A stretch of 63,357 nt of DNA, counting the filler, from Octopus bimaculoides (lineage: Eukaryota), in the NCBI RefSeq assembly GCF_001194135.2. It is 6 parts of 6 records of this genome, joined end to end, with 100 filler letters (N's around TTAATTAATTAA, not from the genome) between each part and the next. Parts side by side here need not be neighbours in the genome. Positions count along the whole stretch, not along the records: positions 35,838 to 51,829 come from NC_068998.1; 5 more parts are not named here. The stretch is one strand, 5' to 3'. A model generated the notes under the pieces. It was given only the letters and a program-made list of their open reading frames with translations. It did not search any database and had not been told where the DNA came from. Position 1 is the stretch's first letter; each line of letters starts with the position of its first letter. Positions 38,371-50,939 of this stretch are shown piece after piece. Position numbers and translations under genes: made by a program.

Positions 38371-38794
38371 TCTGGATATTTGTAAATATCATAAAGTTCT
38401 AGATATGTTCTAGATATTTGTAAATATCATAAAGTAATTACTACGTATATAATGCTGCTAGAGTACATGAGCCGACGATAAAGACGGGGGTCACTTTGCT
38501 AAACTTTTTGAGTATTACATTATGATTTCCATGTATGAATATTCGATTTTTCCAGTTGGAGTTATTGCTGAAATATTGTACACGACGAAAGTTAGTAATT
38601 AGAGTGTGAAAATGTGAAAAAAAAAAAAAACTCAAAATAACAGGAAAATATGAAAATTATATTTATCATTCTCTAAATATTGTACAGATTTTATTACTTT
38701 TAGTATGCACAATATGTTGTAGTCAATGATCCACTCGTTATTCTACATTATGTTATTTTCTATAATAAATGCTCTATCTAATTTCACAAATGTA

Positions 38795-40136
38795 TTGGGT
38801 TGTCTGGAAAGTTCGTGCCGATTTATAGTAGCTGACCTTATTTTAGAACATGGTTGAGTCCATAAAATAGGATTTGACTACATCTCCATTTAGAGCACAG
38901 TTTAAGCTATCTTTTCGTGGAAGAAGGTTTATGTTCCTATAACCTGTGTTAATTTTGTAACCCTTTAAAATGGAAGACAAGAAAGTTCATTTTCGGCACT
39001 TGATGCTTTTCTTTTTCCGTAACGGGAAAAATGCCTCACAAGCAACTAAAAAAATATGTACAGTTTACGGTGATGTTTGNNNNNNNNNNNNNNNNNNNNN
39101 NNNNNNNNNNNNNNNNNNNNNNNNNNNNNNNNNNNNNNNNNNNNNNNNNNNNNNNNNNNNNNNNNNNNNNNNNNNNNNNNNNNNNNNNNNNNNNNNNNNN
39201 NNNNNNNNNNNNNNNNNNNNNNNNNNNNNNNNNNNNNNNNNNNNNNNNNNNNNNNNNNNNNNNNNNNNNNNNNNNNNNNNNNNNNNNNNNNNNNNNNNNN
39301 NNNNNNNNNNNNNNNATCAAGATCCGTCGTTCATGAGCACCTGGTAAAGCTTGGGTACACAAATCGCTACGATGTTTGGGTACCACATGAGTTGAGTGAG
39401 AAGAACCTTTTGGATCGCATTTCCATCTGTGATTCGCTTTATAAACGGAATGAAAATGCACTTTTTTAAAAGCAAATTGTGACAGGTGATGAGAAATGGA
39501 TTATCTACCAAAATGTTCAGAGAAAGCGATCCTGGAGTAAGCGACATGAGCCACCCTTAGCCACCCCAAAAGCGGGTCTTCACCCTAAAAAAGTCTTGCT
39601 TTGTGTCTGGTGGGATTGGAAAGGAATTCTGTACTATTATGAGTTTCTCCCAAGTAACCAGACAATTAATTCTGAGAAATACTGCTCACAACTGGACGAG
39701 TTAAAAGCAGCAATTCAAGAGAAACGTCCAGAATTGGCCAACAGGAAGGGTGTTGTTTTCCAATATGATAATGCAAGACCGTTCTTTTCTTTGGGAACCA
39801 GACAAAAATTGCTGCAGCTCGGCTGGGATGTGTTACCCCGCCCTCCATATTCACTAGATATTGCTCCCTCGGATTTCCACTTATTCAAGTCTCTGCAGAA
39901 TAGTCTTAGTGGTAAAAATTTCAATTCCTTGGATGACGTAAAAAGATACCTTGATGAATTCTTTGCCATGAAACCACCTCAATTCTGGGAAGAGGGTATT
40001 TTCAAGTTAAAGGAAAGATGGAGACACATTGTGCCACAAAATGGTTCATATTTGGTTGATTAAAAATATAATGGCAAGTATTTATTGACCTTTTTCTTTC
40101 CTTTAAAAATCGGCATGAACTTTCTGGACAACCCAA
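38795..40136 (+). mobile_element. Full-length mariner (DD34D, Hsmar1/cecropia-like) transposon, inactivated
   Basis: TIRs ttgggttgtctggaaagttcgtgccgattt / aaatcggcatgaactttctggacaacccaa with TA TSDs. Transposase at 38970-40063 (WVPHEL, VTGDEKW, DNARP, YSLDIAPSDF) has an in-frame TAA at 39467-39469 and an N gap. Confidence 0.95.
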
Positions 40137-40343
40137 TACATACATACATACATACATATATATGTATCATACATAAACTATCAAAGTATATGCATATTTA
40201 CACATGGGCACATGATCTTACAGAGAGGTTACGTACGTTTTCTGAAGGTTTTCAACGGACAGCAGCTTTAATTTATGCAAAAGCTGCGCATTTACAACAT
40301 GTTTGTCACGTTACGTGCAAAGGCTACAAACGTACATAAGCAC

Positions 40344-40566
40344 TACTGTAGTCTCTCGCCATAACGCGGTTCACCTATCGCGGTTTATTATTTAAGCTTA
40401 CGTCGATTCCTCCGTGATGTTGTTTTGTATTTATAATAAAATAAATATATACAAATTATAAAAATAATTTAAAAAATACACAGTACAGCACTGTTTCTAC
40501 TTCGCAGATTCTCACCTATCGCGGGGTTTTGGGAACGTAACACCCGCGATAATCGGGGAATATTGT
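40344..40566. mobile_element. Small pogo/Tigger-like MITE
   Basis: Starts TA-ctgtagtctctcg, carries an internal repeated cacctatcgcgg, and ends in a degenerate cgcgataatcggggaatattgt TIR. Confidence 0.45.
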
Positions 40567-40675
40567 TCACATTCACTGCATAAGTTTTTAAAGAACAATA
40601 TTTCTTGTATAGACATGAGAAGGCACCAACACATCTTAGCCTCCTAAATATTCAGTCTGCAATTTCAAATCATAT

Positions 40676-40990
40676 GGAGGCACATGGCCTAGTGGTTAGA
40701 GCAGCGGACTCACAGTAGAGGGATCGCTGGTTCGAATTTCATACTGGGTGATGTATGTGTTTATGAGCGAAGCACCTAAGATCTACGCGGCTCCGGTAGA
40801 AGATAATGGCGAACTTCTGCTGACTCTTTTGCCACAACATTCTCTCTCTCTTTCCTCCTGCATCTAGCAGCTCATCTGTGACAGTCCGGCGTCCCGTCCA
40901 GGTGGGTAACCTATATGCTAATGAAACCAGGAAACCGGCCCTTATGAGCCAGGAATGGCTCGAGAAGGAACAAACAGCAACAAACAATAA
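40676..40990 (+). mobile_element. tRNA-derived SINE family C (possible V-domain-like core)
   Basis: A-box TGGCCTAGTGG, B-box GGTTCGAATT, central ggcgtcccgtccagg, and a (CAA)-rich tail. Confidence 0.75.
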
Positions 40991-41986
40991 TTTCAAATTA
41001 TATCCGTTTTTTTTATAACCCCACCCCCATTTTAAAATTTTTACTTTGATTAAATCGAGAAATACATGCATGCAGTGAAAAAGTTAATAGTGAAATATAA
41101 CGAAATATATGAAGTAGAATAAGTAATAGTGAAATAAGTGTAAATACAAATGCATGTTGCATATTAAATATATATTGTTCATGTATAGCGTATCATATAT
41201 ATTGATTAGATTTACCAATGAGTAAAAGGAGATAACTCATTTGATCATAAGAAATTATGAACATAAAAACATTGGTTGAGCCTTATGAAACAAAGAAAAC
41301 AGCTGGCTATTGCGATCATTCTGGTACACCCACTTCAATAGGGTGTTCGAACGTATCGACCTTCGTAATTATTTTTAAACAACAGAAATCTAAACACACA
41401 CTTATATACACACATTTACATCCTCTTATGCACATATCTACATTGATCAACCCAGAAGTGCATGATCACGAACATTTGATCATACAGCCATGGCTACACC
41501 TTTATTATTCTGATATCATTATTATTGTTTTAGAATCGATGAGGCTGTTGCAATACTTCGTCCACTAGCCATATGAACTTTTCTCTGATATGAAAATACG
41601 TTAATATGCGATACAGCGTATTAAGATTTGTTGAAGCTTTACCAACATAGTTGGGCAATAGTTGAATAATATAACAGATAGAATATGTCTTAGATTTCAT
41701 TCCAGAGTTAAGATTGTTTACTTACTGACGTAAAGTGAAAAATAATGAATGACCAACTCTCAAGGTAGAAGAGGTGATAAGTGTAAAATGAAGACTGCTT
41801 TACATACCTATGTGGAATTTCCACAATCAAAAAGAACCAAATGTTTCGAGTAAAACACAATTTCGAAAGAAATATATTTCATGGTTCTCTACAAACTTCA
41901 AGTCATCTTTCAGTTTTCAAAATAACCGTGGACTTTTCACTAATACTGCTAGTTATTATTGCATGTATATATATGCATATATATAC

Positions 41987-42035
<49 letters not shown>

Positions 42036-42155
42036 GACAAGGGTATGAGCGTGGGCTCTTGAATCTTAATACTTGTACGTGTATCCTGCACGCGTACGCA
42101 TGTGTTTGCTCGTACGCACGTGTGCGTACGCGTACCTGTGTATACGCGTGAGTGT

Positions 42156-42187
<32 letters not shown>

Positions 42188-42299
42188 CTGTCTGTTTTAT
42201 GAAGTGATGTGTATATTTGTGTTCATCGAGATACATGTGCACTATCTTTCCACATCGTCATCACTATTTTCTCGATTCTATCTTTTTGACGACGAGAGT

Positions 42300-44350
42300 C
42301 ATCAACAACAGGTAGCGAGTTTCACTACAGGGAAAATCAGAGAAGCATCTGTTAAATTTAGCAAAGTAATAGTCATAGTAAACTTTAGAGTTGAAGATAA
42401 ATCAGTTAGTAACTTAAGAGACGTGCACCGAGGAGGCACCACAAACATCGTACTCGCGGGAAATGCTTTCGACCATTTCTTCAATATGAAAGAGGAAAAC
42501 TACACAGTCCGAGCCTAGGCACAAAAGAAACCTGTTGGGCCCGGGTGGCAAAAAACAGCACAGCAAGAAAACTAGAATTTGGTCTATAACAGACAACAGT
42601 GGGTATGTGTCCATTTCGATTCGAAACAGATGAGTACAGTTTTCCAGCAGCATTTAGCTGAATTGTTCTCAGTGAGCGGTAGAATGCAGACAACAGAATT
42701 TGATATCTCTCTACCGAAACTATTTGCCGTGACTGTCGAAACGAAAGACCGAGTCTGCAAAAAAGTGATTTCGGATGAATATATGACAGAGCACATTGCA
42801 GCTGACAACAGGCTAGAAATCTTCCTAAACCGGAAATGGTGACGCTACGGAGGAAGGATCCGAAGAAAATTTGTTCGGATTCTTTTTCCTAATACAAATC
42901 TTTAAACCTATTAATCTGCTGAACACAGAGTTAAAGACTTTTCCAAAAGTGATTGCCAAGGGTCTGCTGCTTGTCTGGACAAGTAGATTGGAGACGCGAA
43001 AAACTACGTTCCCCGTTAGATCTATCCTGTGATGTATTGTAGAGCTAGGCGAGAAGAGACCTGGCTTTGGCGGGCGTTGGTCACTTTGGATTACTCGAAA
43101 ACTGATGACACGTTGAATCATCGTTATCTGGCAGCTGTCCTAAGAACTGCCACTTTCGGTCCCATCATCAGTAAATGGATCGTCACAGTGCGCAACACTA
43201 TCTGTTGTGTTGTCAGATTAAACGACCATTTCTCAGAACCGTTAGCATCGAACGCTCAGTTCGTCAGGGCTGCCCCACCAAACACACACACACACACACT
43301 TTCTCTCTCTCTCTCTCTGTGCTTTCTTGCATGCTTTGGCTATGAAATATTTTCTACGGATGTTGGAAACTCTGAGAGTTATCCCACTCGGACTGAGTCA
43401 TAGGAAAGACGTGTCGGCATAGGCTGGTGATGTCGTTATCATGGTATCGAACACTTTAGATATAGAAGCCGTCAACACTTTACTGTAAAGTACTAGGAGT
43501 ATAGAAGAGCCCACTTGAACCGGGATAACTCCGTGATCTTGCAACTAGGCACTTGTAGAGGCAGCAATTTCTATCGTTATACTGAAGGCCCGGTAAAAGT
43601 TCTTGTCAATTGGTTCAGATCAGACTTCCTGGTGGATAGAAATTGAAAACAGGGCATGAGTAGAGCAAGCATTTTACTCTGAAAATTGGCCAATGCGAGG
43701 TTGTCCCTGATCGGTCGGTTGGAAGTGGCTAATGCCAACAGCACCTTGGTAGTGTACAAACTGACAGCTGTACCTTGTCTCAAGAAAAGTCTGACGCATG
43801 ACCAGATTGAAGTGCGTGCATTTCTTCCACTTATTGTGGAAGGGAGATGTTCCACTGGTCAAGAAGTCGATCTGCTGCCAACATCCGTGCAATATTGTCC
43901 CTATTGATGTGCAGGCACACAGGAGGTTGATGTACGTGCAGAAATATCTAGATTACTTCGATGATGGCAACAACAACGAATACGACAGTTAACTGGTGTG
44001 GGCGTTTTTCCTGCGTCACGTCTTTGCACAGCTCCTCTCCTTAACTGAGCTGTAATCATGCGTGCGTTCAGAGTAGCTCATGGTTTGGCATCTAGAATAT
44101 TCCCTGGTTCTCACAATACTCTACTGGCTATGCCATCGGCAGGAAACAACTCTAGATTTCTGCAGAGGGTTAGCTGAAAATATGAGGATAATATCCTGGG
44201 ATCCATCTGGGCGACGATGACATCAACTTGAGTAGTCTCTTCTGGAATACTTTCAGGTTTTCGACCATGGACAACTTCCAAAATTCCTTGATATGGCAGT
44301 GTTATATGGAGGCATCATTAGTTCGAGACAAGCTCTACAGGAATCGAAGC
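42300..44350 (+). mobile_element. Tx1/L1-clade LINE, highly degenerate ORF2
   Basis: FQQHLAELF; LDYSKTDDTLNHRYLAAVL..TFGPIISKWI; LSLIGRLEVANA; FLLWKGDVPLVKKSICCQHP; MDNFQ.SL.WQCY. Confidence 0.8.
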
Positions 44351-45027
44351 GTCAATATAGTCTATTGTTATAAAACTTTCTCTAAAATATTAACTCTAAT
44401 TTAAAATGTATACACCCCCCCCCCTACACATATTTGCATAATCTATTATATTTATATTTTTTTCTCTTTCTGAGGAACAAAAAAAGCAATGACATCTTTT
44501 ATCAGTAGATTTGTCAACTACACTTTGGAAAACGTACCACTGAAACATTTCATTAAAAAATGTGTAAATGTGTATATTGTCAGAAAATAAATTTGTGGGC
44601 GGTAACAAACAGTTGTTATGCTATATCTTAAAAGAATTGAAGGGAATTAATTAGAAACTTGAAAATAGCCAATAAAGATGGTATGATATATTGCTTTGCT
44701 AAATGAAAATGAAAGAACAAATATCGGGCAGTTAGAATTTGTATCAACTAAGCAAAACTCTAAAAACCGTATTTATGAATCAAATACTTCAACAAAATAC
44801 ACAAATATTTCGAACATCTGGAACAAGAAACTTCATTTATGCAAATTTGATTTCCAGAAAATGATAAGAACAACAATAAAGTTGACACACACGAAAGATG
44901 AATTAATTCGACATCGATAAATCTTCTGAGAACATTCCAGATAAAAACAAGGAAAGAAGAATCAAAGTAATAAAAGCAACGTCTAGAAAGAATAACTCTA
45001 TCCAAATTCAGAATGGAGATATAAATA

Positions 45028-45278
45028 TTGGGTTATTGCATAATTATTGCGGCATTTTTTCAACAAATTTTATTCAACAAAAACAATAACAACATGTAAC
45101 AAAAACATCTTTAAATGATGGTTTGACCGTCTGCGAAGCAAATGGGGAGCAGTAATTGAAGTAGATGGTGAATATGCTCCGGAATAATCATTTAAAGATG
45201 TTTTTGTTACATGATGTTATTGTTTTTGTTGAATAAAATTTGTTGAAAAAAAGCCGCAATAATTATGCACCAACCCAA
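45028..45278. mobile_element. mariner-derived MITE with ~90-bp inverted ends
   Basis: TA|ttgggttattgcataattattgcggc ... gccgcaataattatgcaccaacccaa|TA. The spacer encodes FDRLRSKWGAVIEVDGEYAPE*, a mariner C-terminus. Confidence 0.85.
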
Positions 45279-45429
45279 TAGTAATGCAACCACTAATGAA
45301 GAGAAATATAAGATAATCGGTGGGGAAATATTTATTGAAATCTCCAAGAAAGCAGAAAGAACACTTTGTCATAGTATCTGTAAACAACGTAAGGAATAAA
45401 TTGAAAATGAAGAAATGATTTCGCTCCAT

Positions 45430-46633
45430 AGACGGGCACTCCTCGCAGTGCCCGGTAAGGTCTTTGCAAGGGCTGCTCTTCTAAACAGAGTGCAAAATTA
45501 TCTGCTTGCCTCTTAGCGGCTGGAGCAGTCAGAGTTCACGCCAAAGAGGTCAACTACCGACTCTCCATGTACTCATCAAACGCAAGAAGGGCTTTTGTAG
45601 GGGCTGCTTGCAGCTTATGTCGACCTAGGCAAGGCTTGATGGGCAGGGATGTGCTCGGGACGATTAGAACTGCGAAGTTTACACCCCCGACTGGTTAGGC
45701 TGATATCTTTGTACACTGGAATAGTTAGCACACTTAGTATTGGGGCTTAACATTTAACATGACCAATCTGGGGTCCGTCAGAGTTACGTTTTGGCTCCCA
45801 CTCTGTTCAATGCTTGCAAGGACAGGATACTTGACTGGATGGTGGCTCGGACGAGTTGTGGAGCGCTCATTGATGAAATCAGGATTACTGATCTGGATTT
45901 TGATGATGATATTGTTATTCTTGCTGAGTCTCTGGATGTCTTAAGGAGTGCCCTTCTTTCACTAAGTGAGAAGGCCGAACCACTTGGCCTTAAAATTTCT
46001 TGGGTCAAGATAAAAGTTCAGTCTTTCGTTGGCTTCTTGAGGGATTCCATCTCGTCTGCCTCCGTTGCAATTGAGAATGTTGAAGTTGTTGATCACTTCA
46101 CTTATCTCAACAACATGATCCATAGCAGTATTAGCTGCGAGTTCGAAGTCCTGAAAAGACTTGGGAGTGCTGATGTAGTTGTGAAATCACTGAATAAAGA
46201 TGTTTAGCACTACCGATATCTGAGCAAGAAGACAAAAGTTCGGATCATGGATACTGTCCGGAGCCTTTAAGGGCTGCCTGAACTCCTTTGCTACTAAAAC
46301 GCTTTGCAGGATTATTGGTGGGATTTCGTATCCAGCCAATAACTATACACAGAAACTGGGATATACTTGTGTAATTCGGTAGCGTCAGTTCACACTGTTT
46401 GGTCATGTTGCTCTACTTTCCGAGTTGGATCTTGTGTATTGTGTTCTGGGGTGACAGCACGTATTGGTCGATCACATATCTCATGGTCACGGCGGATAAG
46501 GAAGTATTTCGTGGAGATATGGAACTGATTGGGACACTGCTCGGAGGGTAACGCTAGACGACCTGAGGTGATATCGACAAACAGTGGATGCAGAAACGAG
46601 CTGAAACGACGCATGCCTCCATACTTGACCTGA
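45430..46633 (+). mobile_element. RTE-clade LINE 3' part (RT domain), degenerate
   Basis: LAVPGKVFA; AAYVDLGKA; APTLFNAC; ITDLDFDDDIVILAESLDVL; VEVVDHFTYL; YLSKKTKVRI. Confidence 0.9.
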
Positions 46634-46649
46634 TGTAGATGGGAGAAAA

Positions 46650-48560
46650 GTTACAATTCATTGCCTCATGCTTGCATGCACACAGTATGTGCTTGAAATT
46701 CTGGAATATTTACAGTTCCTTTCATGTCTTGTAACCGTAGTTTTCTAATTACCGGTATCGTTTCTGGTTTTGTGAAACCTAGCTTTTGAAGATTAGTACT
46801 GAGGCAGTTAGTTACATTTCCGAATTTCTCAATAATTTTCGATATAAATCTAAATATATACCGTAAGTGGAGAATTTGCGGATTTCTCATTTGGGATAGA
46901 CATTCTTTTCCACTTATCTTTAACATTGTCGACTGATAGACGACAAATTTCCACTAATGTGCTCACATTCCTTTCTCTGTTCTAGATTATTATAACTGTT
47001 CTTACATTTCACAACTGTTTTTATGTTCCGAAACATTCCACAATTACGGTTTCATACTATGAGTGAGTAAGCTACCCATGTCACTGTAATTATTTTGTAT
47101 TTTTTATGTTCTTCACTATCTTTTTCATAGATTACATTGCATAATGTTTTGGCCACCATATCATGCCACAGAAATGACAGCTGCAGAGTCAACATTGTCG
47201 TCGCATTTAAGAGATTTTTTTTACTTGTATCTCTATCAATTTTGTGTATTAGGTATTTCATTGTAATATCCTGATTGGAGTTTTAGAGTTTGTATTGACC
47301 GGCCATCTCGATGATAAAGTTGTAAGGAAATGATTTTTTAAAAAGAAAAGATGACTTTGTTCTTTTCGTCATTCTCTGTACAACTTTTTATATTTTGTGT
47401 AGGTATTGCTTATTTTAAAACAGATTGGTTTCTAAAAGAACGCTATTATCGTTGGTATTTAAATATCGTCACATTTCGACATATGTTTACATCTTCTAGG
47501 CTGTTGATCGTCACAAATGAGCATAGCTTTTGGTGTGAGTCAAGTAATTAAATCAGTCAAGATTGTTGATAGTATTCAGCGGAATATTTGACACATATGT
47601 TATAATTTTCGTTTTACTGATACGTAGCTATAGATTCATCGCTAGAAATAGATTAAGCAGTGCCTTAATGACATTTTGATCACTCAAGTAATATCTTCCT
47701 CAGATATGTGACATATCTTCTGTTCTTGATTATTTCTTATTCTTTTTCAAGTGCAATGTTACAGCTATCTCTTGCTCATTGACTGTGACAGTATAATACT
47801 GAAATGTAACAAAATGTAATTGTCACGTGTCCAAGAAAGGCTTATAGTAACTCTCGATATAAGCATCCTCAGATTTACGTGCAAAATACGGTGCATAACT
47901 ATCAATACTTTTTTTTGGTATGCATAACGTTTCTCCTTCAAGTCACTGATAAGATAGATTTGCCTAGCAGTTCTGAGATCGCATAGAACGTCTTCAGCTA
48001 CTGAATAGTTCTTAAGATATTCCTTTCCGAATCGCGAGCTACTCTTCTCCCGTTTGAGCACTTTGTTGATGTGTTTGTGTTTATTGTTGTTGTTTTGCAG
48101 TTGTTGTCTGACTAATAGTATACGAAACCCAAAAGATGTCTGGATTGTTCTTTACTCTGTTCATCTCCTTGTCTCTTCTATAAACCTTTTTGATATCATT
48201 ATGGTTGAGGAATTTGTATTTGACGTTATGAATTTTGCAGGTTTTACTTGCAATGGAGCGGATTTTCTTTATACTCCAGTATAGTGTCCAAAGTGTCGAT
48301 ACCAGGATACCGGTACAGCAAACGCTTTGTAGTACGTTCTCTTGCAGCAAGAGGTTCAGATAACCATCAGTGTTCACAGCAATTTGTATGAGCCAGAGTA
48401 ATAAATAACTACGTATTTGGAGAGGAATAGAACGTTGTGAAATTATTGATCATAATGTCTTTCGGTTGAAAAGCATTTTCCCAAGTTCAACTATAAGTAT
48501 GAACATTTCTGTCAACCAAAGTCCATTTCTTTATAAATTGCAAACGTTGTTATTAAATCC
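46650..48560 (-). mobile_element. R4/Dong-clade LINE remnant
   Basis: TGILVSTLWTLYWSIKKIRSIASKTCKI...DIKKVY (like AVPVLSYSFG..W....IDRKTRK); downstream LWHDMVAKTLCN. Similar to 38050-38370. Confidence 0.6.
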
Positions 48561-49850
48561 ATTCCCTTCCTTCATTATAAATATTTCCAGTGTCGATTTT
48601 AAGATCATCAATAAGATTATGAGTTACATTTGAGCTTCTTACAAACTTTAGCATAAAACTACTTCACCTTCATGAAACAATGACTGTTTGCTACCAAAAT
48701 AAATCAATAAACAAAAAAATGAATTCCCTAGAATATTTATTTTGAAATATGTTTTCAAATCAGTTACAATTCTATCCTTGTGTTTTCAGTTTCAAATGAG
48801 AGAACGATTGATCAGATTTTTCTGAGGCTTTCAATAACAATAAACTAGTTCAGTAAACAATTTTGCTACATGTAGTGATTCCAGGTGTCATAAGTTGTGA
48901 ACATAGTAAAAAGCCCTTTTGCTATATTATCACTAGCATTATGAGTTCCCAAATTTTCAAGAAGATCCCACAAAATTTTCTAAAATAAGTCCACAACACC
49001 TACAGAAAAACACACATACATGTATGGGAGGAGGATAGACGGATAACCTGGATTAGTTCTTGCACATTTTTATAATGCCTACTTTAATAAGTTCAAATAA
49101 CACACTATTAAAAGGGTTCCCATGCTTAGAACCAAATGAAAGAAATATTTGTAAAAAACAGTCTACAAATTTCACTTGCTTAAACACATACGTTAAAACG
49201 TATAAATTGCAACCAAATATTTTCTCTAGTGCCAAATATGCCGAACAACAACAATTAAACTACCTAAATACTCTTGTGAACATTAAAACATTTAATTAAC
49301 AAATATTCCATACTAATATCACTGTAATATGCTTAAATGGCAACCAGCATAAATAATACCAATCTGCCAACTAACTAAACCTTACCACAAGGATTGTGAA
49401 TCCTTAAATACCAACCCCCCTAAAAACTGACATACCAAGTAACCCACCTGAATACAAAGATCAAAACACTTAACTGAACTCTAAGATTTAATCTTCACAT
49501 TCTCAAAGCAAAATGTAAATATCCCAAAAGGTAAATATTCTATTAATATCTAAATAAGACCAACAACAGCCAACCAAGTGGCAAATCTGCTGTCTAACAA
49601 CCTAGCAACATTCCTTTGTGAACACCTTCAACTTGAAGATGACACACCTAAACATACACACCTAATTACAAAGCATGAATAAATTCTAACCATTAGCACT
49701 TCTCCAAAGTTAATCAATAAAAATTCTACATACTTTCTTGTCACCATAACCTACCTTGCAACATAGTTACCATTCAGCAAAACTCTGGCTTCCCTAGACA
49801 TTTTAAACTTAACATAGACTATATAAAACCAAAATGAATCCAAACGAATT

Positions 49851-49895
49851 ACAGTCCTGTGATGGCTTCCGTAGCCGAAACTTCGAAGTCACTGT
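49851..49895 (+). ncRNA. Type I hammerhead-like motif with a perfectly palindromic helix III
   Basis: ACAGU CCUGUGA U GGCU-uccgu-AGCC GAAA CUUCGAAG UC ACUGU. All three helices pair and the site is GUC, but the core differs from CUGAUGA. Confidence 0.65.
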
Positions 49896-49990
49896 CATTA
49901 CCATTTTTATTAAAGAATATTGAATTTCTACTCTACCAAATGTATTGAGTAATCCTTCAATTGAATGTAATTACAACAGAAAAACAAACA

Positions 49991-50037
<47 letters not shown>

Positions 50038-50689
50038 TTGAATTAAGCAGAAAATGGAGAAATCTTGATTAACAACGATTGACTACCAGCGACTATTATT
50101 TTTTTAATACAAAACTTTATCCCAACTAACAGCCGTTTCTGCTTCCAATGTCCTACAGTGTTGCCAAAGAAAATTCTGAGAATAATATTCGTCATATTTT
50201 GTAACACATCCGATCTGGAACATGGATCTTCATCAGAATGAAGAAAAATACATAAAATAAAATAAAATAAAATAAAAGAACTTCGAGAAGGGGAATGAAA
50301 GCTTAATATATTTGAATCATACCATTTTGCAGTGTAACGCTTCAGGCTGTTGAGTAATTGACTAAACTAAAAATATTAATTGGTGGGTTAATCTTTCTTT
50401 GGGGGTAACAGGGTGTATAAATGATAAAAATGTAAAATAAGTACTTAGCATAACGGGATACGTCAATAGGTCTAGAAAAAGAGGGAATGATAGTGCCATA
50501 AAGTTCAGAAGTAATCATAATAGTTCTTAAAATTTGTTAATAGTACTAATTAATATTAATCCAAATAACATACCCATAAATTAATTACATTTATTTACTT
50601 ACTGATATATTGTAAAGACCAACCACCTATTGTCCGTAATGGGATTGACCAAAGTCCAACTTTCAATATAATTGGTCAGTTAACTCTAC

Positions 50690-50880
50690 TAACAGGCCGA
50701 GGAAAATGCTGAGCAGCATTTCGTCCGTCTTTTCGTTCTGAGTTCAAATTCCACCGAGGTCTACTTTGCCTTTCATCCTTTCAGGTCGATAAAATAAGTA
50801 TCAGTTGAACACTGAGGTCGATATAATTGATTTACAGCCTCCCCAAGCTAGCTGGTCTTGTACCAAAATTTGAAACCAAT
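50690..50880 (+). mobile_element. SINE family B variant
   Basis: gaaaatgctgagcagcatttcgtcc...gagttcaaattccaccgaggtc...tttcatcctttc with a gtaccaaaatttgaaacc tail. Confidence 0.75.
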
Positions 50881-50939
50881 ACACACACACACGAGCGCGC
50901 NNNNNNNNNNTATTGTCGTAAAAGTTTTGGCTGGTTGCT

